Of a DNA stretch of 64,000 bases, positions 12,585-24,944 are shown piece after piece (position 1 is the stretch's first letter; each line of letters opens with the position of its first letter). Source of the DNA: Macrostomum lignano (lineage: Eukaryota); assembly GCA_002269645.1 (NCBI GenBank), contig NIVC01000983.1, positions 248,801-312,800 on the forward strand, in the 5' to 3' direction. The position numbers and the translations under genes were made by a program. The notes under the pieces were generated by a model, which saw only the letters and a program-made list of their open reading frames with translations, made no database searches and was not told the origin of the DNA.

Positions 12585-15500
12585 TCAATCGTGACGCTTA
12601 GTCATCTGCACCAACAACTGCTGGGCCAGTGCTGGCCTGTACTGCATCAGATCGCGCCAGTCCTCGCTAGCCAGCACCTGCTGAGCGTGCTCGCGCATGA
12701 ACTGGGTGCACCGGTGGAGCAGGCTGTCCACCTGGTCAGGGTAGGAGAGCGGAACTAATTGTAGCTTAGATAAGATGCTCAGGTGATGCACACAATTTTT
12801 TTAGTGAGCTGCTGCTATCCCTTTTTATGCTTCAGTGAACTGAACTACTATCCCCATTCATGCTTCAGGTAGCTCAACTGTCGTTACATATACCCCCCAG
12901 CAGTTAAAAAAGTGAGGTTTCCCCAATTTCTATTTTTAGAATCTATCAGTTGTATTGCAAAAACAAGCCAACCCATGGCAGCTCAGACCAACCTTACCTG
13001 ATAGGTGTCAGCCAGCACGGCCAGCTCGTGCAGATTGGCCAGAGTGACGCCCCTAGCCAGGGCCTGAGCGCAGACGGCCCGCAGCTCGCTAACAGAATAT
13101 TTGTCAGCCAGCTTGAGCAGCTCTCGACCGTTGGCCTCCAGCCCGCTTAGCGGCACCTCCCCGGTATACAGGTAATCTAGAAAGACTTTGAAAGAAGCCG
13201 CCTCGGCGTCCAGAATAGTGACAGCATCGGCCGAGCGTTCCAGACAGTCGTGCGTGAACATGGCCAGGAACACGGGGCTGCGGGCCGCTAGCAGGCATTT
13301 GTGAGCCGGAAACTCGGCGCCGCAGTCCAGACGGAGGCGAACGTCGGCGGCCATGCCGGCGTCCAACAGACGGCGTAGGTCGGCGGACAGTCGACCGTGT
13401 CGTTGGACAACGGCGGTGCTGCCGCTGCTTGCGCCGGCAGCCGAAGTCGAAGCTGAGGCATCAGCGGCCGAGTCAGCCAAGCCGACGGCTCGACGGTGAT
13501 GACAGGCAACGGCGGCGTCCTGCAGCTGCAACAACAGGTCCGAGGAGGCGCTGTCGCCGACGCTGTCTACTATGCCAATCAAGCTGCCGCCGATGCCGCC
13601 GCGAATGTAGGTTGTTACCTGGATTGATGATATCGCTAATATTGTTAATTATAAAGCAAAACTTACTGTTTCTATAATTTTCGTTAATTTTGTCGGCAAC
13701 AATGTTATTCTGTCAGTAAAAGTATCTGTAATGATGTCGATGGATGTCGATTTTTGAAAGAAATGTCAGCAATTGTCGATGGAAGTGTCGGTAATGGTGT
13801 CGATGGAAGTGTCGGTAATTGTGCCGATCGAAGTGTCGGTAATTGTGTCGATGGAAGTGTCGGTAATTGTGCTGATGGAAGTGTCGGTAATTGTGCTGAT
13901 GGAAGTGTCGGTAATGGTGTCGATGGAAGTGTCGGTAATTGTGTCGATGGAAGTGTCTGTAATTGTGTCGATGGAAGTGTCGGTAATGGTGTCGATGGGA
14001 GTGTCGGTAATGGTGTCGATGGGAGTGTCGGTAATTGTGTTGATGGAAGTGTCGGTAATTGTGCTGATGGAAGTGTCGGTAATGGTGTCGATGGAAGTGT
14101 CGGTAATTGTGCCGATCGAAGTGTCGGTAATTGTGTCGATGGAAGTGTCGGTAATTGTGCTGATGGAAGTGTCGGTAATGGTGTCGATGGAAGTGTCGGT
14201 AATGGTGTCGATGGAAGTGTCGGTAATTGTGTCGATGGAAGTGTCGGTAATTGTGCTGATGGAAGTGTCGGTAATGGTGTCGATGGAAGTGTCGGTAATT
14301 GTGCCGATGGAAGTGTCGGTAATTGTGTCGATGGAAGTGTCTGTAATTGTGTCGATGGAAGTGTCGGTAATTGTGCTGATGGAAGTGTCGGTAATGGTGT
14401 CGATGGAAGTGTCGGTAATTGTGTCGATGGAAGTGTCTGTAATTGTGTCGATGGAAGTGTCGGTAATGGTGTCGATGGAAGTGTCTGTAATTGTGTCGAT
14501 GGAAGTGTCGGTAATGGTGTCGATGGAAGTGTCGGTAATGGTGTCGATGGGAGTGTCGGTAATTGTGTTGATGGAAGTGCCGGCAATTATTTCGAAGCAA
14601 GTGTCAGTAAAAATGCCGGTGAAACATAATCACACGTAATCATGTAGCTAGCACAATCAGGATTCTCTGTGTCGGAAACACATCAAGCATTTTATTTATT
14701 TGCCACGTCAGAACTGAGGTCAAGACAAAAAACCATTCAGCACTATTCAAAGACAGCATTTGGCTAACCTGCGAAGGCACCGAGAAGTGCACAGTCAGCT
14801 GCAGAGTGAGATGCCGAACTCGGTGAAATTCGGAGCGCAATACAACACTCCAACCGTGGGTGCCATGAACGGCGAAGCTCAGCGACTCTGAACGGCGCTC
14901 CAGCCGCTGAATCTGTGGGGGATTCGCCGATGCGGAGCCCTCGCCGCCGCCGCCGCTGACTGGGCCCTCCATCTTGAAATGGGCTTTCGATATTATTGGT
15001 CGAAACGGCGTCTCCGTGTCGACCTTTTAAAATAGAAAAGATGAAGCTAAAGTGAGATGTTTATATTTTGCGGGTAGCAACTAACCAACCTGTTTATATT
15101 GAGTGGGTAGCAGCGGTTTCAAGTGTTTATATTAAGGGTAGCAAGCAGAGTGTGTTGGGTTGGGTAGCAACCATGGTGTGCTGGGTGGGTAGCAACCATA
15201 GTGTGTTGGGTGGGTAGCAACCATAGTGTGTTGGGTGGGTAGCAACCATAGTGTGTTGGGTGGGTAGCAACCATAGTGTGTTGGGTGGGTAGCAACCATA
15301 GTGTGTTGGGTGGGTAGCAACCATAGTGTTGGGTGGGTAGCAAGCATAGTGTTGGGTGGGTAGCAAGCATAGTGTGTTGGGTGGGTAGCAACCATAGTGT
15401 GTTGGGTGGGTAGCAACCATAGTGTGTTGGGTGGGTAGCAACCATAGTGTGTTGGGTGGGTAGCAACCATAGTGTTGGGTGGGTAGCAAGCATAGTGTTG

Positions 15501-16372
15501 GGTGGGTAGCAAGCAGAGTGCATTGGGTTGGCTAGCAACCATGGTGTGCTGGGTGGGTAGCAACCATAGTGTGTTGGGTGGGTAGCAACCATAGTGTTGG
15601 GTGGGTAGCAACCATAGTGTGTTGGGTGGGTAGCAACCATAGTGTTGGGTGGGTAGCAACCATAGTGTGTTGGGTGGGTAGCAAGCATAGTGTTGGGTGG
15701 GTAGCAAGCAGAGTGCATTGGGTTGGCTAGCAACCATGGTGTGCTGGGTGGGTAGCAACCATAGTGTGTTGGGTGGGTAGCAACCATAGTGTTGGGTGGG
15801 TAGCAACCATAGTGTGTTGGGTGGGTAGCAACCATAGTGTTGGGTGGGTAGCAACCATAGTGTGTTGGGTGGGTAGCAACCATAGTGTGTTGGGTGGGGT
15901 AGAAACCAAGCTAGAAGCGCAAGTGCCCTGGACTCACCTCTTTGAGCACCACAAACACGCAAATCCAATCGCGAAATTGTTGACAGTCGCCGTGCGGATA
16001 AAAGCGAAGGCACCATTTAATACTGGGGCACTCTTCCGCGTAGAATGACGGACTATCCAAGTAGTGCCCGGTGACAAACGGCAATGAGGTCCAGTTATTG
16101 ATTTCCCAACGACAATAGCAGGTGTAGTGAGGTACGACGGTAGTAAAGTCGAATGCATTAGCATCTTCTGCTAGCGAAGACGATGATTGCTGTTGTTGCT
16201 GCTGTTGCTGCTGCAACTGACGCTGGGGTGACGAGCCGCGAGGCCGACTGCCATGCTGATGGTGCTGATCGCGAGCTAATGCCAATTGTTGTTGCTGTTG
16301 CTGCTGTGCGCCCCCAGTGAGCTGATCTCTAGCCTGCTGGCGAGAGTTGCTCAGATTCAGTGAGCGCGACAT
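12585..16372 (-). CDS. Speckle-type POZ protein-like (MATH-BTB-BACK) CUL3 adaptor; exons 16372-15938, 15023-14769, 13618-12998, 12731-12585
   Basis: MATH segment WEINNW...SPSF...KWCLRFYPHG...ICVFVVL, BTB segment ADVRL...FPAHKCLLAARSPVFLAMF, and a C-terminal BACK-like exon. All introns are GT-AG phase 0 and in frame. Confidence 0.88.
13735..14590. repeat. 24-bp minisatellite (GTCGATGGAAGTGTCGGTAATTGT) in SPOP-like intron 2
   Basis: About 35 tandem units; these explain the repetitive ORFs at 13705-14639. Confidence 0.95.
15130..15895. repeat. 23-25-bp minisatellite (GTGTGTTGGGTGGGTAGCAACCATA) in SPOP-like intron 1
   Basis: About 30 units with GGGTGGG cores. Confidence 0.95.
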
Positions 16373-16436
16373 GAAATGTAAAATTGATTAAACTGGGTCA
16401 AAAACCTTTCCTTTCTTCTAGACTTGAGCACCACAA

Positions 16437-17400
16437 AGGGATTGTAGCCTAGTAGGGGATTGTAGCCTAGTAGGGGATTGTAGCCTATTAGGGGATTGTA
16501 GCCTAGTAGGGGATTGTAGCCTAGTAGGGGATTGTAGCCTAGCTGCCTAGTAGGGGATTGTAGCCTAGTAGGGGATTGTAGCCTAGTAGGGGATTGTAGC
16601 CTATTAGGGGATTGTAGCCTAGCTGCCTAGTAGGGGATTGTAGCCTAGTAGGGGATTGTAGCCTAGTAGGGGATTGTAGTCTATTAGGGATTGTAGTCTA
16701 TTAGGGATTCTAGCCTATTAGGGGATTGTAGTCTAGTAGGGGATTGTAGTCTAGTAGGGGATTGTAGCCTAGCTGCCTAGTAGGGGACTGTAGCCTAGTA
16801 GGGGATTGTAGCCTAGCTGCCTAGTGCCTAGTAGGGGATTGTAGCCTAGTACGGGATTGTAGCCTATTAGGGGATTGTAGCCTAGTAGGGGATTGTAGTC
16901 TATTAGGGATTCTAGCCTATTAGGGGATTGTAGTCTAGTAGGGGATTGTAGTCTAGTAGGGGATTGTAGCCTAGCTGCCTAGTAGGGGATTGTAGCCTAG
17001 TAGGGGATTGTAGCCTATTAGAGGATTGTAGCCTAGTAGGGGATTGTAGCCTAGTAGGGGATTGTAGCCTAGTAGGGGATTGTAGCCTATTAGGGGATTG
17101 TAGTCTAGTAGGGGATTGTAGTCTAGTAGGGGATTGTAGCCTAGCTGCCTAGTAGGGGATTGTAGCCTATTAGGGGATTGTAGTCTAGTAGGAGATTGTA
17201 GTCTAGTAGGGGATTGTAGCCTAGCTGCCTAGTAGGGGATTGTAGCCTAGTAGGGGATTGTAGCCTAGCTGCCTAGTAGGGGACTGTAGCCTAGTAGGGG
17301 ATTATAGCTAAGTAGGGGATTTTAGCCTAATAGGGGCTAGGGGTTGTAGCCTAATAGGGGGTTGTAGCCTAATAGGGGATTGTAGTCCAGTAGGGGATTA
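16437..17400. repeat. 18-bp minisatellite (GGGGATTGTAGCCTAGTA) derived from a SINE 5' head
   Basis: About 50 units that run directly into TAGCCTAGTGGTTAGAGC, the A-box of the SINE at ~17395. Confidence 0.9.
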
Positions 17401-17600
17401 TAGCCTAGTGGTTAGAGCATCAGACTCACAATTAAAAGGTTGGCAGTTTGATTCTTGACCTACTTGGAGAATACATTTGTTTTTTAATAAGACACTTAAT
17501 AACTGTGCATTGCTTTAGCCTACCTAGCTGTAAAATAGGTATCAGCACTAGCGGGAGTAATTGAAGGTGTGTGTGATGACTGTCTAGTCCTTGGACTAAA
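17395..17600 (+). mobile_element. Decayed tRNA-derived SINE
   Basis: A-box TAGCCTAGTGGTTAGAGC and a degenerate B-box; colinear with the copy at 23029. Confidence 0.75.
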
Positions 17601-20600
17601 CAGCTATATACAAACTTTAGATGTACTGCTTTAAAAGCTATAGCTAAGCTATTAGTTGCATATCTGCTTATTAGAGCACTGAGGGCAGGTGTAATTATTT
17701 ATTATTATGATAATATAGTGACACTTGGCCCACTGCTTTTGATTTTCTGCTCCAACCAATAGTATAGTCTATCCTATATTTGATAAACTCATTAGCTATC
17801 ATCATGTTTGTTTAGGCTAGCCTAAGCCTAGTCAGATGGCCTGAGACTATAAAAACATAAAATAAAGGCTTAAACCAATCATATGCTAGTATACCCAATA
17901 AAAAATAGCATTAGTTTCTAGGCTACACAAACTAATTTTATATAAAAATTATGCTTATAAGTTATATACTATTAGGCCTAACCAAGAAATAAATGACTTA
18001 AACAGACTATCAAAGTGTAGATAAAAATGAATACTATTTTAATTAGGGTCTAAAATAAAAAACACTTTATAAGGTCTGCTAAAAATGTTCAATACATTTT
18101 AAATTGTATATAGGCCCCCTATAATATAATATAGTAAATTATAATTATTTATAATACTAATACTAATAGTTAGTTCTATACCAAGCTGTCTTATCCCTAT
18201 TTCACTAGGCCTATATGCTATACTTTTCTCCTATGCCTGGCTATGCAGGTCATCATTATACTATTGTCTATTTGCAGTGTGAGGCAAAAGCATAGGCTAG
18301 GTAAAGCATTGACATACAAAATCTAAAATAAAATTGTCAGTGAGTGATGCTTCCTGCTTTGCAGAATTGCAGATAAAGTAAATTAAACCAAGAGACAGCT
18401 GACAGAGTAGGCCTATAGTCTGACACTTTATTGAGCATCTGTGTGACTGTGTCCCATACGCTACTCCATACTGATCTCGCTGCAACTTTCCACAGTTCCA
18501 CATGTTGATACGGAACTGAATGATGTTCAAAACGATGGCTTTATTAAAACTGTATACAAAAACTTTAGCTGGGGTGGATGCGATGTAATGAAGAATTGAG
18601 TGGTAGGAGCAGGCCTAATTTCATTGGTTGCCGCAGCAGACGAGTAGGCAAAACGTTGCAAACCAATTCGTCTGCTGAGCAGACGAACTGGCGGCAGACG
18701 AATTGACTGGCACCCGTTGATACTGGCCAGACCACGATAACTGGAAATTTTTTAAAGTCAAAATATTGATTTTTTTCTAGAAATGTGTGAGTGCAGTATA
18801 GCAAAGTAGCCAGCAAAGAAGCCTTTTTTGCTTTATATTTGATTGTAATTACAATTATTTACAATTGATATTGATTAAGCTTATTTTTACAAATAAAATT
18901 TTCTTTCCATAGTGGGCTACGTAAGACATGGCTATAAGTGTTTCTAGAAATTTCTACCACACCACCACCGCCGCGCTGCGCTGACTGATGGTAAAAGATC
19001 GCAGAAGTAGAGCATGAACTCATTTAACTGCATAACAACAATACTCACTTACTCACTCACAGCCATAGCTTTAAGAGTTAAGGCCAATGAGTAGGCCCTA
19101 ATCAATTTTTAAATATAATTGATATAGTAAATACAAGCCTATAAATGCCTATAACTCAAAGCCTATAAATGCCTATAACTCATCATATGAGCCTGTTTTT
19201 TAGATTTTAATTTAGTAGGCCTTTATTGTGTTTTCTCTTCTCACTTTTTTGCCATTGGCCATTGACTTCCTGGCTTCCCATAGGCCTAGCCATTTGGTTC
19301 TGGTTCAACACTCCAACTGGGTTATTAAGCCAAGTATAAGTATCAAGTGTGATTTTAGTTAGGCCTAGGCCTATCTGAATTGTTCTAAGTTTTTTAAGCC
19401 TTTGATTCAATTGTTAAATCTGTTTCAAGTCTATTAAAATATTTTTAAATTATCTAAACCATCTGAAGTTACTATCAGTGTCAGAAATACAAGGGGTAGC
19501 AATTCACTTTGCCAAAAGTTGATCTGCCAAAATTCAATTTGTTGAAATTGAAAGCAGGCTATTTTGGCTTTTTCCAAACAAGTTATGATATAGGTCCAGG
19601 TTGTAAAATAAACAAATAGCCCCCTAGGCCTTAATAAATAATTGTCATATAAATTAAACACATAAATTTGTATGTAATTAATAGGCCTAGTAATAATAAT
19701 AGTTTTATAATAATTGTCTAATATTATTGAATATTAAACTTCAAGTAGGGGCCTAGGCTTAGTCAACAATAATAGGTCTATTCATATAGAAGTTTTTTGC
19801 ATTTTTAATCTAAAAACTAGTATTTAATTTAGCTTTGTTTGTTTTATTGTACAATTTATACATATCTTAAATTCATATTGTCTAGATTCAAAAATAGTAT
19901 TATAATTTATAAGCCTCTACAAATGTGTTCTAGCCAATAAGCCAATTAGGGCCTTAGGGCCTAACCTGTTTCATAACTCAATTCAACCTTGGACTTAGTC
20001 CTTGTTCAAAAACTTGTTTTTCAAACATTTAAAATGCTTAAAAATCTTTCTAAATCTAAACCTTTAGAAATTTTTTTGATGAAAATAGTAAAAGGAAATC
20101 ATTCTATATATACTATTGATGTATAGAACACCAAAGAAATCAAAGTATAATAAAACAAAGTAGACTTTAGAAATAGGCCTACAGTAACAGTAGGCCTAAG
20201 CATACTATTATTTAATAAAAAGGCTATGTATGACCCTCAAATTTTTGGAATGTTTCAAGGACTGGACAGTTGAATACTTAGATAGCCTAACTACTAAGAC
20301 ATTTATAAGAAAAGTTATTCTAAGATTATGTACATATACATATTACATATATAGGAAAATCTAGGCCAATAGCAGATGACTTAATATATAATAAGAACAC
20401 TAGGCCCTATCTCTATATAATAATAAAATTACTAGTATATATTGAGAATGCTAGGGCTACTAATAAGTGTTAGGAACATTACCTTGCAGCAGAAGTAAGA
20501 AATACCTAGACCCATGCTTAGAAATAAAATCATATAAATCCATTTTTAGAACATTTTGAAAGGACAAAGGCCATAACCCCTTGGACAACTTTGGTAGAGG

Positions 20601-20628
20601 CACTTAGGATTTATAGAAAAGTTTAGCC

Positions 20629-20892
20629 CATACATGCGCAACTGCTGGCCGACCTGGCCGATCTGGCCACCATAAATTGTGGTGGACCAGGGGTAAGTCG
20701 CAAAAATGCCCAACCTAAAGAATAGACGGAGTACTAATTAGATGACGAGGCATTTAGCCCTAATAAGACAGTCATAGTTACTCCTGCCGTTTACCCAAAA
20801 TTGCGTTAATGTTTCTTTTACAGGTAAGTCGCATTTTTGGTCGAAAAGTAAGTCGCATGGCCAGTGTAAATCAGGGGGGTTGCGCATGTATG
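20629..20892. mobile_element. P-type MITE, CATACATGCGCAAC TIR family
   Basis: TIRs at both ends and an 8-bp TSD GTTTAGCC; inverted relative to the copies at 42523 and 46939. Confidence 0.88.
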
Positions 20893-21354
20893 GTTTAGCC
20901 CCATTACAACTTGGTTTCAGCAGTAAGATCAGTTAAGAAGATAGAACTATTAGGCCTATAAAATAAACTTATAAACAAATACCATAAAATGTTAGAATGA
21001 AAGTTTTGTTTTCCTATCTATGTCCTGCACTATTGCATTTGCATACTCCATTAAAAAGTGTCTTTCAATAGGCTCTAGGCCCCATTTTAGCTCAATTGTA
21101 AAATAAGTTTCTTGAAGACAAACAATTCAATATCAATTTCTTTGTAATGAGTGATTAATGTTGTGATGTTCCTGGCAAAATGCATCTTTGGTAAATTTAT
21201 TTTTTTGCCATTGGCCTGCATTCAAGTTACTGTATTTTGGGTTTTGTATAGTTTGCATATTATCAATTGAGAGTAAGATTTTGACTTGTAATGTTGATAT
21301 AAACACCTAATAATTTGTCATTATTGGAAATTTCCCATGCTCTAATCAGTTGTA

Positions 21355-22356
21355 ATGGCATCATCAAGCAGTGAGCCGCCCTCATTGGACGCCATGCTAA
21401 ACAGTCTGGTGTACATTGTAGAAGCACACAAGGCCCACGTTAAGACCAGGCGAGATTGGGGGCTACTGTTTGCTCATTGCTACCTGCTAGCCACCGAATT
21501 CTCCTTTGTTGGCCTGCAGCCGCAGCGAGAGCAGCAGCAACAGCAGGCGTCAGCATCGTCTGGACGATCGCCGATGCTCCCAGCCGAGTGCTGGTCAGAC
21601 AGCGGCCGAGGCGAAGACGTTGTCTTGGTTTATCGACACAAGCGCCGCTCTGCTGACCAACAGGAAGCGGACAACAGCAGCTGCTACATGCTTGGCCTCG
21701 TGCCAATGGGCTCCGATCTGATTGTGTCACTGTCGCACCGGGACACCGCAGCCAGCTGCACCATCAGCGCCGACCTACTGGCTGCGGTTGATGCAGCTGC
21801 TACCGATAATGACGACTGTCTTCGCCGCGCTTATCCAGCCGTTGAACGGCTGCATCGCCTGCTGTGGGACCAGCTGTTTCTCAGACTGGCTCCTTTCAGG
21901 ACTCAGCAGCAGCAACAGCAACAGCAGCAGCAACAGCAACAACAGACCCCAATCCCCATGCCGCATCATCCCCTCCCTGGATCGCCTCAGCCTCTGCCCC
22001 AGCCGATGCGGCCTCAAGCCACCAATCCATTCGACTACGGCCGCGCCGATCTCGACCCGTTTGGCGGCGCCGGCGGCGGCATGCGCTTTGATCCTCTGCG
22101 AATCGGACAGCCCAGACGAGCCGGGCCGCCCCTGCTTGACCCGTCCGGCCGGCCGCTGCCGCCTGGCGCGGTGCCGCCCGGCGCCCGGTTCGACCCGTTC
22201 GGCCCGGGCGGGCCAGGCCAGCCGGGCGGATTCGCCGATCCCGACCCGGATAATCTGCGCCCGCCTGGCTGGGGCGCTGGCCACGAAGGCGGCTTCGGCC
22301 GGGGCGGCGGCGGCTTTGGGGGTGGCGGTTTCGGAGGCGGAAACTTTTATATGTGA
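21355..22356 (+). CDS. PSMF1: Proteasome inhibitor PI31 (intronless)
   Basis: FP-like N-terminus, DLDPFGG..GGMRFDP, LPPGAVPPGARFDPFGP, DPDNLRPP and a C-terminal HbYX motif (FYM). Confidence 0.92.
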   Translation: MASSSSEPPSLDAMLNSLVYIVEAHKAHVKTRRDWGLLFAHCYLLATEFSFVGLQPQREQQQQQASASSGRSPMLPAECWSDSGRGEDVVLVYRHKRRSADQQEADNSSCYMLGLVPMGSDLIVSLSHRDTAASCTISADLLAAVDAAATDNDDCLRRAYPAVERLHRLLWDQLFLRLAPFRTQQQQQQQQQQQQQQTPIPMPHHPLPGSPQPLPQPMRPQATNPFDYGRADLDPFGGAGGGMRFDPLRIGQPRRAGPPLLDPSGRPLPPGAVPPGARFDPFGPGGPGQPGGFADPDPDNLRPPGWGAGHEGGFGRGGGGFGGGGFGGGNFYM

Positions 22357-22429
22357 CTGACGGCCGATCACAACTGATAGGTTCTTGCTGGAGCCATACA
22401 AATAATTCGTACCCCATACTGGTGTGACT

Positions 22430-22650
22430 GTAAAGGGATTTTCCTTGATTCGAAATATCCCACAGATACTGGTTGAATTACGGATGGGTTTGACTGAAAA
22501 GGTATTTACGAACGTGGATTCGAAATGTCCCATGGATACTGATGGGATAGCGGTGGTGATTTACCTGGATCCGAAATATTCCATGGATACTGATTGGATA
22601 GCGGTGGGGATTTACCTGGATTCGAAATATTCCATAGATACTGATTGGAG
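22430..22650. repeat. ~51-bp tandem repeat downstream of PSMF1
   Basis: About 4 units of TTCGAAATATTCCATGGATACTGATTGGATAGCGGTGGGGATTTACCTGGA-like sequence. Confidence 0.75.
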
Positions 22651-23028
22651 TTCAGTGGGGATTCAGCGCGTGAATAACACATTGAGCTGTATTTACAGTG
22701 TATAGTAGTCAAAATGAACACTTGGCTGGTTAGTGTTCTGTTCCTATAATTAATTTTATTTGCTTCGCCTCTTGTCTATTTCAGTTAAAATCCCAACCTG
22801 AATACTGCGTCATCAGATGTGACTATTTTCATTTTCGGAATGTAAAAAAGTATTTTTTGTTTCGTTTTTTTCTAAGAAAGCCATTGTGGTGCCAGTTTAC
22901 AACCCGCATTAAATCATTGGTTTCAGTTAAGTGTACTCTTTTCTGCGCCTTTTTTACTTTTTTTTAATTTACAGTCCACACACAATTTAAAATTTTTGCG
23001 ACCTATTAGGATTTTTTGAAGGCCATCA

Positions 23029-23245
23029 GGGGTTGTAGCCTAGTGGTTAGAGCGCGTCGGACTCACGGCTTAAAGATCGGGGGTTCGATTCCCGATCCCA
23101 CCTGAACGATTTGTGTCCTTGAGCAAAGACGCTTACTTAAGACACTCGACTATGCATCGCTTCAGTTCACCCAGCTGTAAAATGGATGCCAGCATTAGCT
23201 GGGGTAACTGAGGGTGCGTGTGGCGACTGCCTGGTCCTTGGAATG
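23029..23245 (+). mobile_element. tRNA-derived SINE with a CORE-like central domain
   Basis: A-box TAGCCTAGTGGTTAGAGC and B-box GGTTCGATTCC, followed by GTGTCCTTGAGCAAAGAC...CACCCAGCTGTAAAATGG, which resembles the CORE domain. No tRNA 3' acceptor stem is present. Confidence 0.8.
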
Positions 23246-23510
23246 TAAAAAATCATCCATTTTGAGTGCATAAAATGTACAATTTTTATCTTGCTATTGT
23301 ATTGTAAGTGAAATTGAGCCTTTTAATGCAGCTACAGCATCCCTGTATTTCTGTCACAGAATGTTGAACTGTAGCTCAATGAGCTAATTTCCTACTGTGC
23401 TTGTCTAGACAAGGGTGAGGTAACCACCCGAAATTCAGCTGCGTACTAACCGCTGTCAACTTAGCTTAACTTGCTTTGCATTGCATGCTGCATTATTCGT
23501 TAATAACGAG

Positions 23511-24525
23511 ATGACCGACTCAACTGAGCAACAGCAGCCAACTCGGCCTCGCATTGACTGGTATCAAACAGACGCTTACATCTCAATCTCCGTATTCGTC
23601 AAAGGCGTTGTCAATGACAACACAGCTAGCGGAGTCATTGGAAACGATGGTTGCGAATTTTCGCTGAGCTACACAGCTCCAACTGGCTCTGCTGGCGATC
23701 CAGCCAGTTTGAGTTCGAGTTGTCTGAAGCTCAACCTAGCTCACCCGGTTGCCGGGGACAGCCTGCAGCTGAGCGTTAAGCCCACTAGGCTCGATATTCG
23801 AGTGAACAAACAGCAGCCAGGCCTCCGGTGGGGAGTTCTTGAGGGCTCCGACAGCAGCCTGCAGGCCACTCTGGCTTCTCCTCAGGCCCAGTCTGGCCAG
23901 CCAGCGCCGCCTGTCGAACAGAAACCTCCGCAACAGGTAAGTTTGAGAGCAGAGCAGCTCTAATCGCTTGTCTGGATAATATGGAAGCAGAGGTGAACAA
24001 CTCTGCTGTAGATGACTCAGAGCGCTGTTTTTTACCTGATTTCAACCCAAAATATCCACATACCAAGCTCTGACTGTTTATTAGCTCCTTATCAATTGTC
24101 AACTTTGAGTAATATGTTGTGAGTCTGCAGACTTCTGCAACTGATCTCTGAGGGTCAAAAAGTCTTGGAAGTGTTACGAATAGGGTATAGATGCTGGTAT
24201 TTATTGCAATTCGAACCCAGGATGCTTAAAAAAGCCATCCTTAAGCTGGATTTTATTTAAAAAAATGATTTCCAAACCGCAGGGCAAAAACTGGGACGCC
24301 ATTGCCAAGTCCATCGAGGATGAAAAGCTCGAAGGCGACGCGGCGCTCAACGACCTGTTTCAGAAGATCTACAGCGACGGCACAGACGAGCAGCGCAAAG
24401 CCATGGTGAAAAGCTTCACCGAGAGTGGCGGCACCGTGCTGTCAACCAACTGGCAGGATGTGAACAAAGGCAAAGTTGAGGTCAAGCCGCCCGATGGCAT
24501 GGAATACAAAAAATGGGACTCGTGA
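23511..24525 (+). CDS. SUGT1: SGT1 Hsp90 co-chaperone (CS + SGS domains, no TPR); exons 23511-23936, 24283-24525
   Basis: CS domain RIDWYQTD...SVFVKG and SGS domain KNWD...[14 protein letters not shown]...[19 protein letters not shown]; GT-AG phase 0 intron. Confidence 0.92.
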
Positions 24526-24944
24526 ACTTCTGCCTACTCTGTCTGCTCACTGTTCAATAAGCCATATCTCATTCGCTTTTGAGAAAAACACGCGGGATTT
24601 TTTTCACCTTATCAGCTTCTTCTGTGTAAGTTGGCCCCGTGGCTGTCGTGGAAGAACCTTAGCTTATGTGTTAAGCAACATTTATCTATTGTTATCCAGT
24701 TTTGCCAATGTTGTTAATTATCGCTGACTACTTATAGTAGCTTCGTAGCTAAATACAACAACCTGGAAACAATTATGTTGGCAAATTATTCTGTCAGTGA
24801 AATTTTCTACCCTAACTATGTAAGTGAGTGCGCTGAAAAATAAATTTTATTGAACATTATTATAATTTCTGCTTGTTCCAGCTTACTTATTTTACAAGTA
24901 AAAGTGCGTTTTCGAAATTGTTTATTTTTGTGTTTAGATTTCTC

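Noticed and set aside
13705-16048. Long repetitive ORFs (PTLPST, HHYRHF, VDGSVGN, YPPNT)
   Set aside because: These are translations of intronic minisatellites lying within well-supported SPOP-like introns. The same applies to ORFs at 25281-26518, 32382-32969, 33852-34348, 40355-40808, 54524-55332 and 60299-60894.
19985-20012. CTTGGACTTAGTCCTTG as a third P footprint
   Set aside because: The left end does not match CAAGG and there is no convincing 8-bp TSD.
23029-23105. Possible tRNA gene
   Set aside because: It has A and B boxes but no closing acceptor stem or T-run terminator, it continues into a SINE body, and a decayed paralog lies at 17395.
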